From: Octopus sinensis
Taxonomy: Eukaryota
DNA: 64,000 nt
Assembly (NCBI RefSeq): GCF_006345805.1
Contig: NC_043000.1
Span: 98,580,001-98,644,000, forward strand
Direction of reading: 5' to 3'
Within the stretch, counting starts at the first letter, position 1. Each line of letters starts with the position of its first letter. The position numbers and the translations under genes were made by a program. This document shows positions 51,761 through 64,000 of the stretch, piece by piece. The notes under the pieces were generated by a model. The model made no database searches and was not told the DNA's origin. It worked only from the letters and a program-made list of their open reading frames with translations.

Positions 51761-53003
51761 AATCTACCTTGATTTTGCAAAAGCTTTTGACAAGGTGGAT
51801 CATGGTATGATATGCCACAAACTGCGTGACCTCGGCATAGCTGGAAAACTTGGAGTGTGGTTACATGACTTCCTGAAAGATAGGAGTTAGGCAGTAGTGG
51901 TTAATGGAGCCACCTCTATGAACACACAAATAGTGAGCGGTGTTCCGCAGGGCACTGTCTTGGGACCACTGCTTTTTATAATGGCCCTCTCAGATATGCC
52001 CTCAAATGCCCGGATAGCCACTCTGACAAGCTATGCAGACGATACGAAAGTCTCGCAGAAAATACAGAACCCCAGCGATGTTGCACACCTGCAGCAGGAG
52101 TTGGACTCAATCTACAGATGGGCTGAGGATAATAATATGCAGTTTATTGCTGAAAAATTCCTGGCCCTGCGCTACCAGCATCCAAAACTGAATATTAAAC
52201 TTACAGGATACACCAGTCCACAGGGAATTTCAATCCCAGAGCCTAAGTCTGTTTGGGACCTGGGTATCGACATGAGTGATGATACCTCTTTCCAAGTGCA
52301 CATTACCAGGATGGCGACAAAGTGCAGACGACTGGCTGGATGGATCCTAAGAACATTCAGAACCAGAGATAAGGAAACCATGATGGTCCTCTGGCGGACA
52401 TTCGTCCTCAGCCGCCTGGATTATTTCTCACAGCTATGGTCACCCACCAGTGTGAAATTAACAGCGGACCTTGAAGCAATCCAGAGAAGATACACAAAGA
52501 TGATCGTCTCTTTGCAACAGCTCAGCTACTGGGAAAGGTTGAAACAGCTAAGACTTTACTCCCTGGAGAGATGACGGGAGAGGTAAGCTGTAATATATGT
52601 ATGGAAGATCCTGGAAGGAATTGTGTCAAATTTTGGCATTGTAAGCTACACCAATGCTAGAACGGGACGACACTGCATAGAGCCAAAGATCCCAGCAATG
52701 CCATCACGCTTCAGGACCAGCTTCTGCAACTGCCTGGGTTTCAAAGGCCCACAGCTTTTTAATATTCTCCCAAAGAGTCTGAGCAACTTGCACAGAGTAG
52801 ATGTAGCGGTTTTTAAATCAAAGCTGGACATCTTCCTGTCGAGAGTACCAGATGAACCTACCTCACGGCAAGAGGTGCAAATGAGAGTAGCTATATCAAA
52901 CTCCATTCTTCACCATTAGATGAGGTTCTTCGTAATAACAGTGTTGTACAAAACGGCGGTGCATCAGCATGGCCGCAGCTCTGAGCTGAAACAAGAAAAA
53001 AAA
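51761..53003 (+). mobile_element. 5'-truncated CR1-clade LINE (RT plus 3' tail)
   Basis: YLDFAKAFDKVDH, GVPQGTVLGPLLF, YADDTK, YWERLKQLRLYSLER, with in-frame stops. Confidence 0.9.
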
Positions 53004-53277
53004 ATTCCTGGTAAAAGTTAAAACACACACACACACACATACACACGTATGTATGTATGTATGTATGTATGTATGTATGTATGTTTGTGAGTCTGTGTGT
53101 GTGGGTTTGTGTGTGTGTAGAATACTCAACGAAGTGTATTTCCATATATGCATATGCTTACACATGAATATTATCAAAAATAATGCGAAAACTGTTTTAA
53201 AAAAGTATAACCTCGAAAACGTCTGCAATACGACGCACAAATAGAAATACCAGAAGAAACCAAAAAAGAAATACCTG

Positions 53278-53318
<41 letters not shown>

Positions 53319-53456
53319 GGGGAATGAATCAGACAAAAGCTAGTCTCAGTTGATATCAACTGAAGTAGAAGGGAAATCTGAAGTTCTGCGGAAGATTTAT
53401 AGAAAAATTAAAAGAAGAATTAAAAAATAATTCTCTTTGTCTGGTACAAAATCGCA

Positions 53457-53520
<64 letters not shown>

Positions 53521-55279
53521 GCGCGCGTGTATGTGTTATATATATATGTGTGTGTGTGTGCGTGTGTGGTGTGTGTATATATATGTATGTATACATATTG
53601 AATTATTAAGAACATATATACACATTACACACACACACACACACATATTTATATAATATACAATTGCGTGTGTGCCTACACATGTATGTGTATCTACGTG
53701 TGTATATGATTGAAGCTACTAACAAGTATCTTTCGTTCGTCTTCTTTGTTAGGTTACTATTGTATTTCTTTCGTTTGTATAAAAAAGAAAGTCCACTCAT
53801 TTTTGTCTGTCTGTCTATTTCTCTCGCTTTCTCTCTCTCTCTCTCGCTCTCTTTCTCTCTCTCTCTAACTCTTTCTCAGTATTATTTATTCAGAAAGTTT
53901 CAGTAATAGGTTTTAACAATACGACCTATCGTTCAAAGAAGACGCTCCAATCTGGTTTCCGTTTGACCAGACTGGATCGTCTATATTTCTGCTTTTAACC
54001 GAAGGGACGCATTTTACTCATCAGCGCCCTCTAAAAAGCTACTGATGCTATAGACTTGCACTGTGAGACTACGACACCTTCAGCAATTTTTGGACGATTA
54101 GAATATGCACTGTCTTTTTGTAATACACTTGTTTCCACAACTCAACTTTTGATATATCTGAAGTCCTGTGTGAAGAAAAGGCCAAGATTGAGTGTCGAGC
54201 CTGTGTATTATTGTTAATCGCTCACAACCTTCTATAAGTCGGGTAATGCAGTCGCTGGGAATTTCACTTTAACAATATATAAAGGACAAGTGATTAGAGT
54301 GATGATGTCCTCGGAGAAATGAAGACGAATTGGCTGACTTCTAGAAATTATTAGCCAAGCAATGTTACTGAGAAACACTGCCAGTCTGAGATCAAATTCT
54401 TCATATGCGGAAGTGCTGTCATACAGGTCTGTTCGAGATGTGAGCAGAATGTTGAAACCGATCTGTATGCACTCGTGTAGTACGGTTTCGTTTTCAACAA
54501 ATATCAGTAATTCCACAGTATTACTGACTTGTAAAGTTATATTGAACTAATATTGTAGCATGTAAGACAGATAGGATTATCGGCCGAGTCTATAATGAAA
54601 ATCGTCCCACCACCTTCTTTTAATAGGACTGGGTATGCCGTTCTCCTCTCTCTGGAGTCTATGGCGAAAGAAGCTGAGTGGTGGATGAATCTGAAAGGAT
54701 TGAGGACATATACTTTATTCTTTGATCAAGCTCTTGTCGAGATTTTTCAAGACTCATTTGGAAACGAAGGTGAGGGTGGAAATGGAATTGTGATCCTGCA
54801 ATGAATTTTTCAAAAGGTAGGTGACTGTCATAAAAACGGTTAATATGGTTAATAGAACTACTCTAAGCATGTGCCTGTAGATCGGCAACATTTGGCAGAG
54901 AGTACTTACGCTTGGTCGTCAGGAAGATATTGAATCCTTGGTCAGCCTTACATTGATAGCCTCCGGTATAAGGACAAATATATTATCCGAACATTCATAT
55001 ATTTTGTATACTGCATATCATCTTCATTTTGTTTTTTCTTAGCCCCACCACTTACTCTTATGTATGTCTCCGCACATATTGTAACCTATCTTTGTGATGT
55101 ACGCTCCAAGTGATGCCCCTGTTGCAAATAAAAGAAATTATTGTTCTTCTCATCATTAGTCCAAAGTTAGAAATCAACTGTATAATTATTATTCTTTATG
55201 CGACTGCTTTAGAGTTGAGGTAAACGGGCAGCAACCATTTGAAATAGAAATAGAGAGAGAGAGAGAGAGAGGGAGAGAA

Positions 55280-55320
<41 letters not shown>

Positions 55321-56419
55321 GAGAGAGAGAATGAGAGAGGCGATAGAAAGAGAGAGAGAATTAATTTGGGTCTCTATATCTAATGAAGACATTCGTGGTA
55401 CTGGATAGTTCTAGCGGATTCAGCTCAATCCGCCGATTTTAGCTATCCGTGCATGATTGTTAATTATTAGTGTCATATTTAAACCACTCTATGCAATGTC
55501 ATTATCAATAATATTAACCATTTGTTTTGATTCTCGTCTTTCTCTAGTTTCTCGTCTTTCAAACACCTAGAATCTATTTGTTTTGACTTCTCAGATTTTT
55601 ACACATGATTTTATACACTTGCCAAAACCCCACTCGGACCAAACCATATTGACTACACTTTGCAATTAACTATTCTATTTAAATCTTGTTTTCTTTCTGT
55701 AGTACTTAGGATCTATTGATTTGTATAAATATGTAATACAATAGATATATGAAGTTGAATCCTTGCATAGTTGTACCATAGACCTTTAACCCTGTTATTT
55801 TTCATAAAATTCTTTCAGAGACGAACTGTAGCAGTAACATGTAAGTTTATAGTTTCTTACATGCAGTTTCATTAGCATCTTCGAACCCCCAACAAAATAT
55901 TTCAAAGTTTAGGGAGTCTATTTAGCAGTTAGATTACAACAGCTAAGCCATCTTTAAACATCAATTTAAGGAGAGATTATTTCAGCTACTTACACTATTG
56001 GATTGGCAGAATCATTAGCGAGTTGGCAAAATAACCTGCAGCTCTTTAACATTTTTAGTTCAAACCGCATTGATGTCAATTTTGCTTTTCAGCCTATAGG
56101 ATCGGTATAAAATGTTCCAGTAAACTACTGGCGTTGATTGAATCAGCTAACCAATTCCCATCTAATATCCATCCTTGTGACTGTGGTCAAAACAATTATT
56201 TCAGGTACCATCTATCCTTAACGTTACCATTACTACTATAATAATCTAGTAAATATTAATTTCCCTTTTCTCGCAAGCGAAACATGAATTCCAGAGAATC
56301 TAATCATTTTTGTTATCGTCTCGCTTTTTCGTTGTCGGGTATTCAGAATCTATTTTTCTGCATTGCTCTAAAGACTTTTCTTTGCTTAGATCTTTATGCT
56401 GAGAAAGGGGAACATTAAA

Positions 56420-57226
56420 TCTCTATATATATAAACGGCAGTTTGTCTGTCTGTGTGTCTGTGTGTCTGTCAGGTTGTACCCTCACCTTGACCATGGCTT
56501 TCAACTGATTCTGATGAAACTTGACACACACATTGCCCAATGTCATAATTCAAAACTAACGCAGCGAAAATTTTGAAAAGTTCCTCCAGTTCTGAAAAAA
56601 AATCGTTAAATTCGACATGGGTCGAGAATCTAAGCTTTTTATATGCAACACATTTTCTACAGACTGTCTAGGGGACGCAACTCGACCTTTTTAACTCTCG
56701 GAACACGTGGGGTAAGTATCCCAAAATGTATAAAAATGTACAAAAACGGCAAAAAAGCGGGCAGCAATGTGAGTGACAACAACGAAAAAGTCAAAAGTGA
56801 CCAAACTGAACAAACGAATGGAAAAGGTTTTTTGATGCACACGACAAAAGCGGTTTATAATAAACCAAGAGTTTGCAAGTAGCGTCCAAGGACCCTTAGG
56901 GTACGTCAAAAATTTAAGGTAAAACGTTTGGGGTGGTAGTTATAAAGAAAGTGTAAACAAAAAAAGTATTCGAATAACTAGCGGCTGCAACAGCTATTAG
57001 CAGAAGTGGCGGTGTTAGGGGTAAAGTCTCGAATGTAATTTCTTCCTGGTAGGAATTGGTTGGGTTGAATTATCGATAGCTGTTTGATAGTTATTTGGGA
57101 GTGAAGAGAAGACATTGCAACCTACACATGCGCCTTCGTTCCCTAGAGGGAAAGGACTAGATTGGGATTAGTCGTTGCCTACTAGGGGCTCATACATACT
57201 CGGGCAACGCCGGGCTATGCTGCTAG
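56420..57226 (+). mobile_element. Non-autonomous Helitron
   Basis: A|TC start, hairpin ctcgggcaacgccggg at 57199-57214, CTAG|T end, no TSD. Confidence 0.8.
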
Positions 57227-57809
57227 TTCAATATATAATACATATTCCCCATTAAAATCCGAGCAACAAACTGTGGCCTTCAACTGGGATAAGTTAATAT
57301 AGCTTAAGATAAGATAATTTATTCTATTACAGGTTTAAGTTTATTGATTACCTGATAAATATGCTCTATATTCTTGTTATAGCCAACAACACTAACGATA
57401 GAATGCGACTCAGCTATGGGAAGGATGCTTTTTGACCAAGTCCAATCCTCAGTAGTATTCACTCAGTTAGCCAATATTATAATACTTTTCAGAGCTTTAG
57501 CTGAATGCTGATTATAATTAGGAGGCGAGTGGTACGATGATTTTTGTTTTTCCTGGTGTATGTGTAGTGTTTCTACTTTATGTCGAAAAGGACAAGACTG
57601 ATATATTCCCAACAGAGAACAATTTCTAGGTCTCTGTTCATAGAGTCAATTCGAGTTTTGTGTGGAGTGTCTCAGTTGCGAATAGACACTGCATAGTTGG
57701 GGTAAGTTATGGAGTAATGCCATCTGTGTAGACGTTAGTATTGTTGGATATGACGAGAAGTCATTAGCGGTAACTTAACAATAATATAGAGCATATTTCT
57801 CAGGTAATC

Positions 57810-58480
57810 TGGCACTCAAGACACAGGAAGAAACATACCCATTAAGACAAGCAATAACAACAACAAACAGAAGCAACACACCCATAGGTTCACCAAAAAA
57901 AAAGAAAAAACATCACAAGCAAAACGGAATCACCAAGTAAACACACAGACATACAGCCACACAAAGATACAGACACACAGACACACAAAATGCACAACAG
58001 GGTGAGAACTGAAAGAAAAATTACAAAAATGAAAGGCATTACCAACGTAAAATTACCAGAAGGTTATGATAAAGGCATGAGGTGTATTTTGATAAATGAA
58101 AAAAGATATAAAACACTAAAAAAAGCATTTCCATCAGATGTGAATCCACTGGGGCTGGAGGTGAGAAATGGACTCCACACCCCAGTGGTAGAATATGACG
58201 AGATAAAGAAAGACATCAAGTGATAGTAGAAACAATTATTGAGAATTAATTTTTAGGAAAAACAGAAAACTGAATGAACAATGGACGTTTTAAAAGAATA
58301 AAACCCAGAAAAATTATAGAAACATTTTGAATTAATCGTAAAAACGTAACCATCCCGGAGTGGGGCTGGTGTGACCGTCTCATCTTCATTTGTACAAACC
58401 CATATCATTCACATGTTATATGTCCCCATATGTCCTGTATTGTCCTCTCTTCGTTGGTCCCTTGTGGGCAATAAAGAAAG
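57810..58480 (+). mobile_element. Short Tx1-related element (ORF1 C-terminal remnant fused to 3' UTR)
   Basis: Ends in cccttgtgggcaataaagaaa like the downstream LINE. ORF 57990-58223 weakly resembles the ORF1 end at ~59900-60075. Confidence 0.5.
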
Positions 58481-58727
58481 ACATTTCTTAGAAAATTCGT
58501 TGCTTAGTTTGGACTCGCCCGTAGATTGTGTTACTATTGAGGTGAGAGATTTTGTTCGTTGCTGAAAGTTGTTATTACTTGTGAAAAAGCTGTTTATTGC
58601 TTGTTTAGAAGCAAGTTGTTGTTTATTCCTCCGCGCGGGGGAATTATTATTTTTTGCTGTAGAAGCAAATCTCTTCTGTGTGGCGTAAGCCACAAATTTT
58701 TGAAATATAATTTGTGCCATTTTTGAA

Positions 58728-60076
58728 GTGGAGTATGAAGCAGTGTCCTCGGAGAGTGACTCTCCAAGTAAGTACCAAGCAGTGTCTTTGGAGTGTGAAT
58801 CTCCAAGAAAGTACCATGAAGTGTCTTCGGAGAGTGAATCTCCAAAAGCTCTAAGAAAGTGCCAATCGGTGGAATCGCCAAAGCTAAGCACGAGCAAGGA
58901 GACACCGAGAAAGGAAGAAGACAGGAGGCTAAATGTAAGAAGAAACGTAGAGGTGGCTAGTTTGACAACTGGCGAACCGGCAAATGAGATAAAACGTATG
59001 AATTTTGCAGCAGTGGCCGGGGGTAAAACCCGGAAAGTAAACACTGAAAATTTAAAAGGATACAGAGAGATATTAACAAAGGAGGGGACTGAAGTGAAAG
59101 TGGCCCCTCCTCAAACTATCCAAACATACGTTCTGGAAAGAACAATAGTGTTTAAAACATACAACGTAGAAAAGAAAAAAATTGATAATATTAACGAAAA
59201 AGAACTAGAAAAATGTTTAAAGCCGATACGACACGAAGTAAAGTATGTAAAGCGTGGAAAAATATACGCAACAATAGACGTTCGAATGGAGTCGGCCGAG
59301 AAGGCGAAACAGTATTCGGTGGAGCCATTGCGAACAGAGATAGAGGTGCTCCTCCCCACATATATATATGGGGAAGAGAACCTCGAAGGTGAAAATTGCA
59401 AATGTCCCACCGGAGGTGAACGCAGAATGGCTGGTAGCAATGGTTGTATTAGGCCTGGAAGATGAAATAACGATGCTATCAGCCGAAGTGGAGGTGCAAA
59501 AAAACTGGGCGGGACAGACGAATAAGTTCCTCATACAATCGGAGCCGCTGACCCTGGGAAAAATTCCAGAGGTTATAGAAGTAATGGACACCAAACTAGT
59601 AGTGATGGTAGAGGGGAGAAAGCCTCGTTGTTTTAAATGCGAACTAAAAGGTCATGTGCGGTCGAATTGTAAGAACGAAACAGAAAAAGGTGAGGAGGAA
59701 GACGACCGAGAGGAGAGCGGGCCAAAGAAAACCAGAGAAGCAGAAAGGAAATTGTGCGTCAGAAAACAGCAAAGAAGGGGAGGGTTGGGAAACGATCAAA
59801 ATCAAAAGGAAAATTACCCCCCCCCCCCCAGAAAGGACACCATGAGAAATAAATAAGGCTAAAAAGCCAGAGAGAAAAGATGAAAAAAGGGAGGGTCTGT
59901 ATATGGCAGTGAGGGTATCTAACAGAGAATTCATGAACCGTTTAAAATGTGTAAAAGAAATTGAAAAAATTGAAAAAGACAATGTGAGGGAGGGATTCGA
60001 AATCTACAAAGTAGACAAAAAGATATATAATATTGTTTACAATGACCATAGAAAAGATGTCGGACCTCTTAGATGA
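58728..60076 (+). pseudogene. Tx1 ORF1 (gag-like, CCHC knuckle, N-terminal 39-bp repeats), frameshifted
   Basis: ORFs 58728-59465 and 59368-59856, with repeats of VSxExxSPxKY. Confidence 0.75.
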
Positions 60077-60188
60077 GATATTTCACCGCAAATTTACGAT
60101 AGACTATGCACCCCGACTCCACGAGCCCGCGAAAAAGAAAGGGAGACGGAGTCCTCTCCGCCGCAAAGTGGAGATAAGCTAAGCCACT

Positions 60189-62742
60189 ATGGTAAAACTT
60201 ATGGCACTTCACGTAGGATTGTGAATGTGCATGGCCTGACGGCGAGCTGGAAGCATGGGCGTTTTCTAAACGACGTCAGGTCTCGTAAGTTAGATGATAT
60301 TGTTGCTACTGAAACTTGGTTAAGAGGGCCTAGAGAAAGCTATGGCGACTGGTGTTGAATCTCAAGTGAAGGCAAAGAGACTGGAATTAAACCAGCTACT
60401 CGAAGCCAAACACATGGGGGTGTATTGTCAGGGCTAGACTTTGTGCAATGGCTTGCGAGGGGATCAGAATCGCTGGATGGGCCCAACGTGGAAATGATTC
60501 CACAATTCGATCGGTGGAGAACATACAAAGGGAGTTGGTAAACGAACCCGAGGAGATGTGTAAGACTTTTCAGGAGCACTTCGCTCAGCTTTTCGTGGGG
60601 AGCAATGGATCGGATAGTAGGTTGGATCTTACGGATTTCCTCGCCGGGCTGCCGCGTTTCTCGGGGCGGGATGCGGAGTGCTGTGAAGGATTGATCACAC
60701 CTGAGGAAGTGATAGAGGCTATAGCGGACTGCAGCGTTAGTAAGGCGCTGGGTCTTGATGGTCTACCGTACGAATTGTATAAAAGTATGCCAGACTTGCT
60801 CGGGCACATACTGGCCGGAGTTTACGCGAACTAGCAGCAGAACGGGATGAATCCCAGATCTGTGCGCCGGGCAGTAGTGGCTCTGGTCAGAAAGGACCTG
60901 GACAAGGGGCATAGAATAGATAATTTTAGGCTCATCGCTCTGTTAAATACAGATTTTGGCCAAGGTGTTAGCAAAAAGATTGGCGCTTGTCGCCGATGGC
61001 CTGAACGGCAAGGCACAGACTTGTGCAGTCACCGGCAGAAGCATGCAGGATAATTTCCGTCTTATACGTTACACCCTAGAAGGGTCTGGTAACGATTTTG
61101 GCAAGGGTGGGGCTTTGGTCCATTTAAAGCAATCCAAAGCATTCAATAGGGTTGACTATCGCTACCTGGTTTCTGTTCTCGCGCAGTTCGGGCTGGGTCT
61201 TGGCATACTCAGGTGGATCATACAGTTAAATGATAACATCGACTCGATCGTTCGGGTGAACGGCTTTCTTTCTAAACTGTTCTGTATCAAGCATTCGGTC
61301 GCCAAGGATGTTCGCTCTCGCCGCTTTTGTATGTGATGGCTCTGGAGCCGTTACTGCGAAAGTTGAGTGGCATCCTGGGGAACCAGTTGATGGAGGATCG
61401 GTTTCAGCATATGCGGACGACATCACCATCATCGTGACCAAGATGGAACACCTGCAGAGGGTAGGCGAAACCATTAATGTTTATGAGACAGTGGCAGGAG
61501 CAAAGATTAACCGGAAAAAATCAGTTGGCTTACAACTCGGCACCTGGAGGAGTAAGTCGATGCCTTCGAATAGCGTCGTTGGACGTCGGACGGAGGGCCC
61601 GGTTAAGTTGCTAGGAATCTAGTTTGGCCCTGACCTCCAGGTAGAAAAGAACTGGGCAGAGGTATCGTGCAAGTTGACCTTCATAGTCAAGACCTGGTCT
61701 TGGCGGTGGTTATCCTTGAAAGGGAGGGCGGAGGTGGCCAATATTTATTTGCATCGGTCATCATTTACCGCCTTCCGTCGTTCCCTGTCCTGATTCGTAG
61801 TTGAGCAAGTTGGAGACACAAATCTGCTTTTTGTGGAAGGGCTCGACTCCACTTGTGAGGCGTTCTATCTGCTATCAGAAGCCGTTGAAGGGAGGACTAG
61901 GGATGCCTTGGCTGATGAGGCGCAAGCATGCGCTGAGGTTGAGTACCTCTGGTTTCTCCTTGACGGTGAACGGGTGTGGTATCCGCTTGCGAAACGGATG
62001 TTTCCTAGGTTCACCAGTTTCGGTGGACGAGAAAGCTGCTTTCGTCGAAGATCGAGGTTTGGTACATGTTTTACGAAGTGCCGTAAGGCCCTCCTACTGT
62101 TCCGTCGCTCGGGTAATGCCAGCGGTTTTGGTACGACCGCATCTTTCTATAGCAGGTTGGTAGAGGTTGGAAACGATGGTGCCCTGGGGAAGACCCTGGG
62201 TCTCGATGATAACCAGTTCGACAGTCTGTTCCAAAGGACACTCGGGCCGGGGACTTTGGATAACTTCCAAAATTCTCTGGCCTGGCAATGTTACCGAGGA
62301 GCCTTACCCGTTCGGGATAAACTCACCAGATACGGCTAGCCTGGCCCATCGGCTTGTCCAAGAAGTGAGCAGGATAGGAAAACCGTCCCGCACGTTCAGT
62401 ATTCGGATGTGTCAGAAGTGTGGACTTATACGGAACACCTGTTGTCGGATTTAAGAAGAGTACAGCTGTCGTCTGAGTCAATTTTAAGAATTGACCCGAG
62501 GGATTTTCTCACGAAAGAAGGTAAGAATTACTTTCTCGCAGTAATAGCAATTGCGAAAGAGGCGATACGGAAGACGAGAATGAAAGGAATGACGACAGGC
62601 AACTTCATCTCCGGTTGGTGAGATTCTTCACCTTTCACCTGAAAAGGAAAGAGAGGCTCGAGAGAAGATGCCTATCGGAGAGGATGTTAAAGACAGATGG
62701 ATGCGTGTAGCGAGAATACTGGGTGTGAAAGACTCCTCGTGA
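60189..62742 (+). pseudogene. Tx1 ORF2 (APE largely deleted; RT; degraded)
   Basis: NVHGL...LDDIVATETW, then an abrupt jump to the linker and RT. Many stops and frameshifts. Confidence 0.8.
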
Positions 62743-63571
62743 ACGTGCCATAAGGCTGAAGAAAAAGGTACCGGTAGCAGAACAGGCTCATGGAGTCGGA
62801 GCTTAACCTGTTTTTACTACCTCATTGTGTGTTTGTAATTTTGTCTTTTATGTTGTATTTCATTCGATTTCATTATAACCACACTTGAATTTTTAATTAT
62901 ACTCATCTATGTGTCTGACCCCGATCAGGCTGTGCTGTCCCCTCTATGTTAGCCCCTTGTGGGAAATAAAGAAACACATTTCTTAGAACATGCATTTATA
63001 AAAATATTTCCAGACGGTCAACCCTTTAATAATTGCTTTCTTTTAGTACTTTTAGTAATCGTTACGTACCGAATTAATCAGCAGCTTTTTCCATTATAGT
63101 ATAGACATGTATATGTGATGTTTAGAGGTTCGCGCACTTGTATATTTGTGTCTATTAATGTAGCATGTGAAATATAGATATCTATGTCAGAGCAGGTACG
63201 AATACATTAGTAAGAAAAATTGTTTCGCTATCACGTGGTTCCGGTTTCAGTCACAAGAGTTTTCGTGGAACTGGGTAGATAGACACTACAAAGGCGTCTG
63301 ATGGATGGATTGTAGCTGATGAATCATAATTTCATGAACATTTAAATTCTACAAAGCTTACAAGCTCTTCCGTTCGTTTTCAGCTTGCATTATAAAGTAT
63401 AAATGAAGGAAAATGGTCTAGCAAAGTGGTGGTGTCAATCTGTGTAGTAAACGAAAATCTACCACGCAGGCATGGGCACAGTCCAACGGGTTTTTGCACT
63501 ATTAGTCTTTCTCAATTTTATTCTCAAGTGTAGGGACATTTGAGTTTACGTGAGAAGAAACACGGCCATAC

Positions 63572-63803
63572 CTATTTCTTTATTACCCACAAGGGGCTAA
63601 ACACAGAGGGGACAAACAAGGACAGACATAGGTATTAAGTCGATTACATCGACCCCAGTGCGTAACTGGTACTTAATTTATCGACTCCGAAAGGATGAAA
63701 GGCAAAGTCGACCTCGGCGGAATTCGAACTCACAACGTAACGCAGACGAAATACCGCTAAGCATTTCGCCCGACGTGCTAACGTTTCTGCCAGCTCGCCG
63801 CCT
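63572..63803 (-). mobile_element. Full-length SINE family A (tRNA-like head, Tx1-like tail)
   Basis: ggcggcgagcTGGCAGAAACG...GAGTTCGAATTCC...tgtcccctctgtgtttagccccttgtgggtaataaagaaata. Confidence 0.88.
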
Positions 63804-64000
63804 TTAAATAGCTAAATACCTGCTATGTAGCTAGAACTACATGACTCAGAATGTTCTGAGGAGAGTTGGTTGTTATTTCTAGTGAATAAGATGACTAGAA
63901 ACTGGTACGTTAGCTCAAAATATTTTTTAAAAAGACAGAATATAAAATGAATAAATGAAGAAGTAAAATTGTTTATAAAGAGTGTATAAACGAACGGATT

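Larger units (their letters stand above)
58494..62975 (+). mobile_element. Tx1/L1-clade LINE, degraded, with a 13-bp TSD
   Basis: ORF1 has CFKCELKGHVRSNC. ORF2 has GLDGLPYELY, FRLIALLNTD, SKAFNRVD, AYADDITI, GGLGMP. TSD acatttcttagaa at 58481-93 and 62976-88. Confidence 0.9.

Noticed and set aside
53940-54030. Minus-strand CTGATGA...GAAA-ccagattgg hammerhead-like motif within an unexplained ~1-kb stretch (53900-55000)
   Set aside because: Lacks the required UH after stem III (has AG), and the surrounding region gives no identifiable protein motif.
58409-59044. 211-aa antisense ORF in the Tx1 5' region (ORF0-like)
   Set aside because: Largely the mirror of ORF1 and its 39-bp repeats; no independent support.

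Overview
AT-rich, microsatellite-dense eukaryotic intergenic or intronic DNA with no recognisable host protein-coding exon. Most short ORFs in the track are read-throughs of (TA)n, (TG)n and (TATG)n. The SINE sequences resemble those I recall from Octopus genomes, so a coleoid cephalopod host is inferred but not proven. The window is a nested transposon landscape: a near-intact Penelope-like element (RT + GIY-YIG) with a 5'-truncated sibling, a Tx1/L1-clade LINE with a TSD, CR1, RTE-BovB and R4/Dong-like LINE remnants, Helitrons, Tc1/mariner remnants, MITEs and three tRNA-derived SINE families. The most striking signal is non-coding. At least 8 unrelated small elements, mostly embedded in (TA)n tracts, each carry a type I hammerhead ribozyme (stem I-CUGANGA-stem II-GAAA-palindromic stem III-UH-stem I'). 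Two of them are ORF-less ~480-nt monomers in tandem (and in one case inverted) arrays, which looks like a Penelope-dependent retrozyme or circular-RNA system. The Penelope element also has a U3-A8 compensatory hammerhead core and an in-frame UUUUUUA slippery site joining two overlapping ORFs. Coordinates were counted by eye, so boundaries may be off by a few bases.
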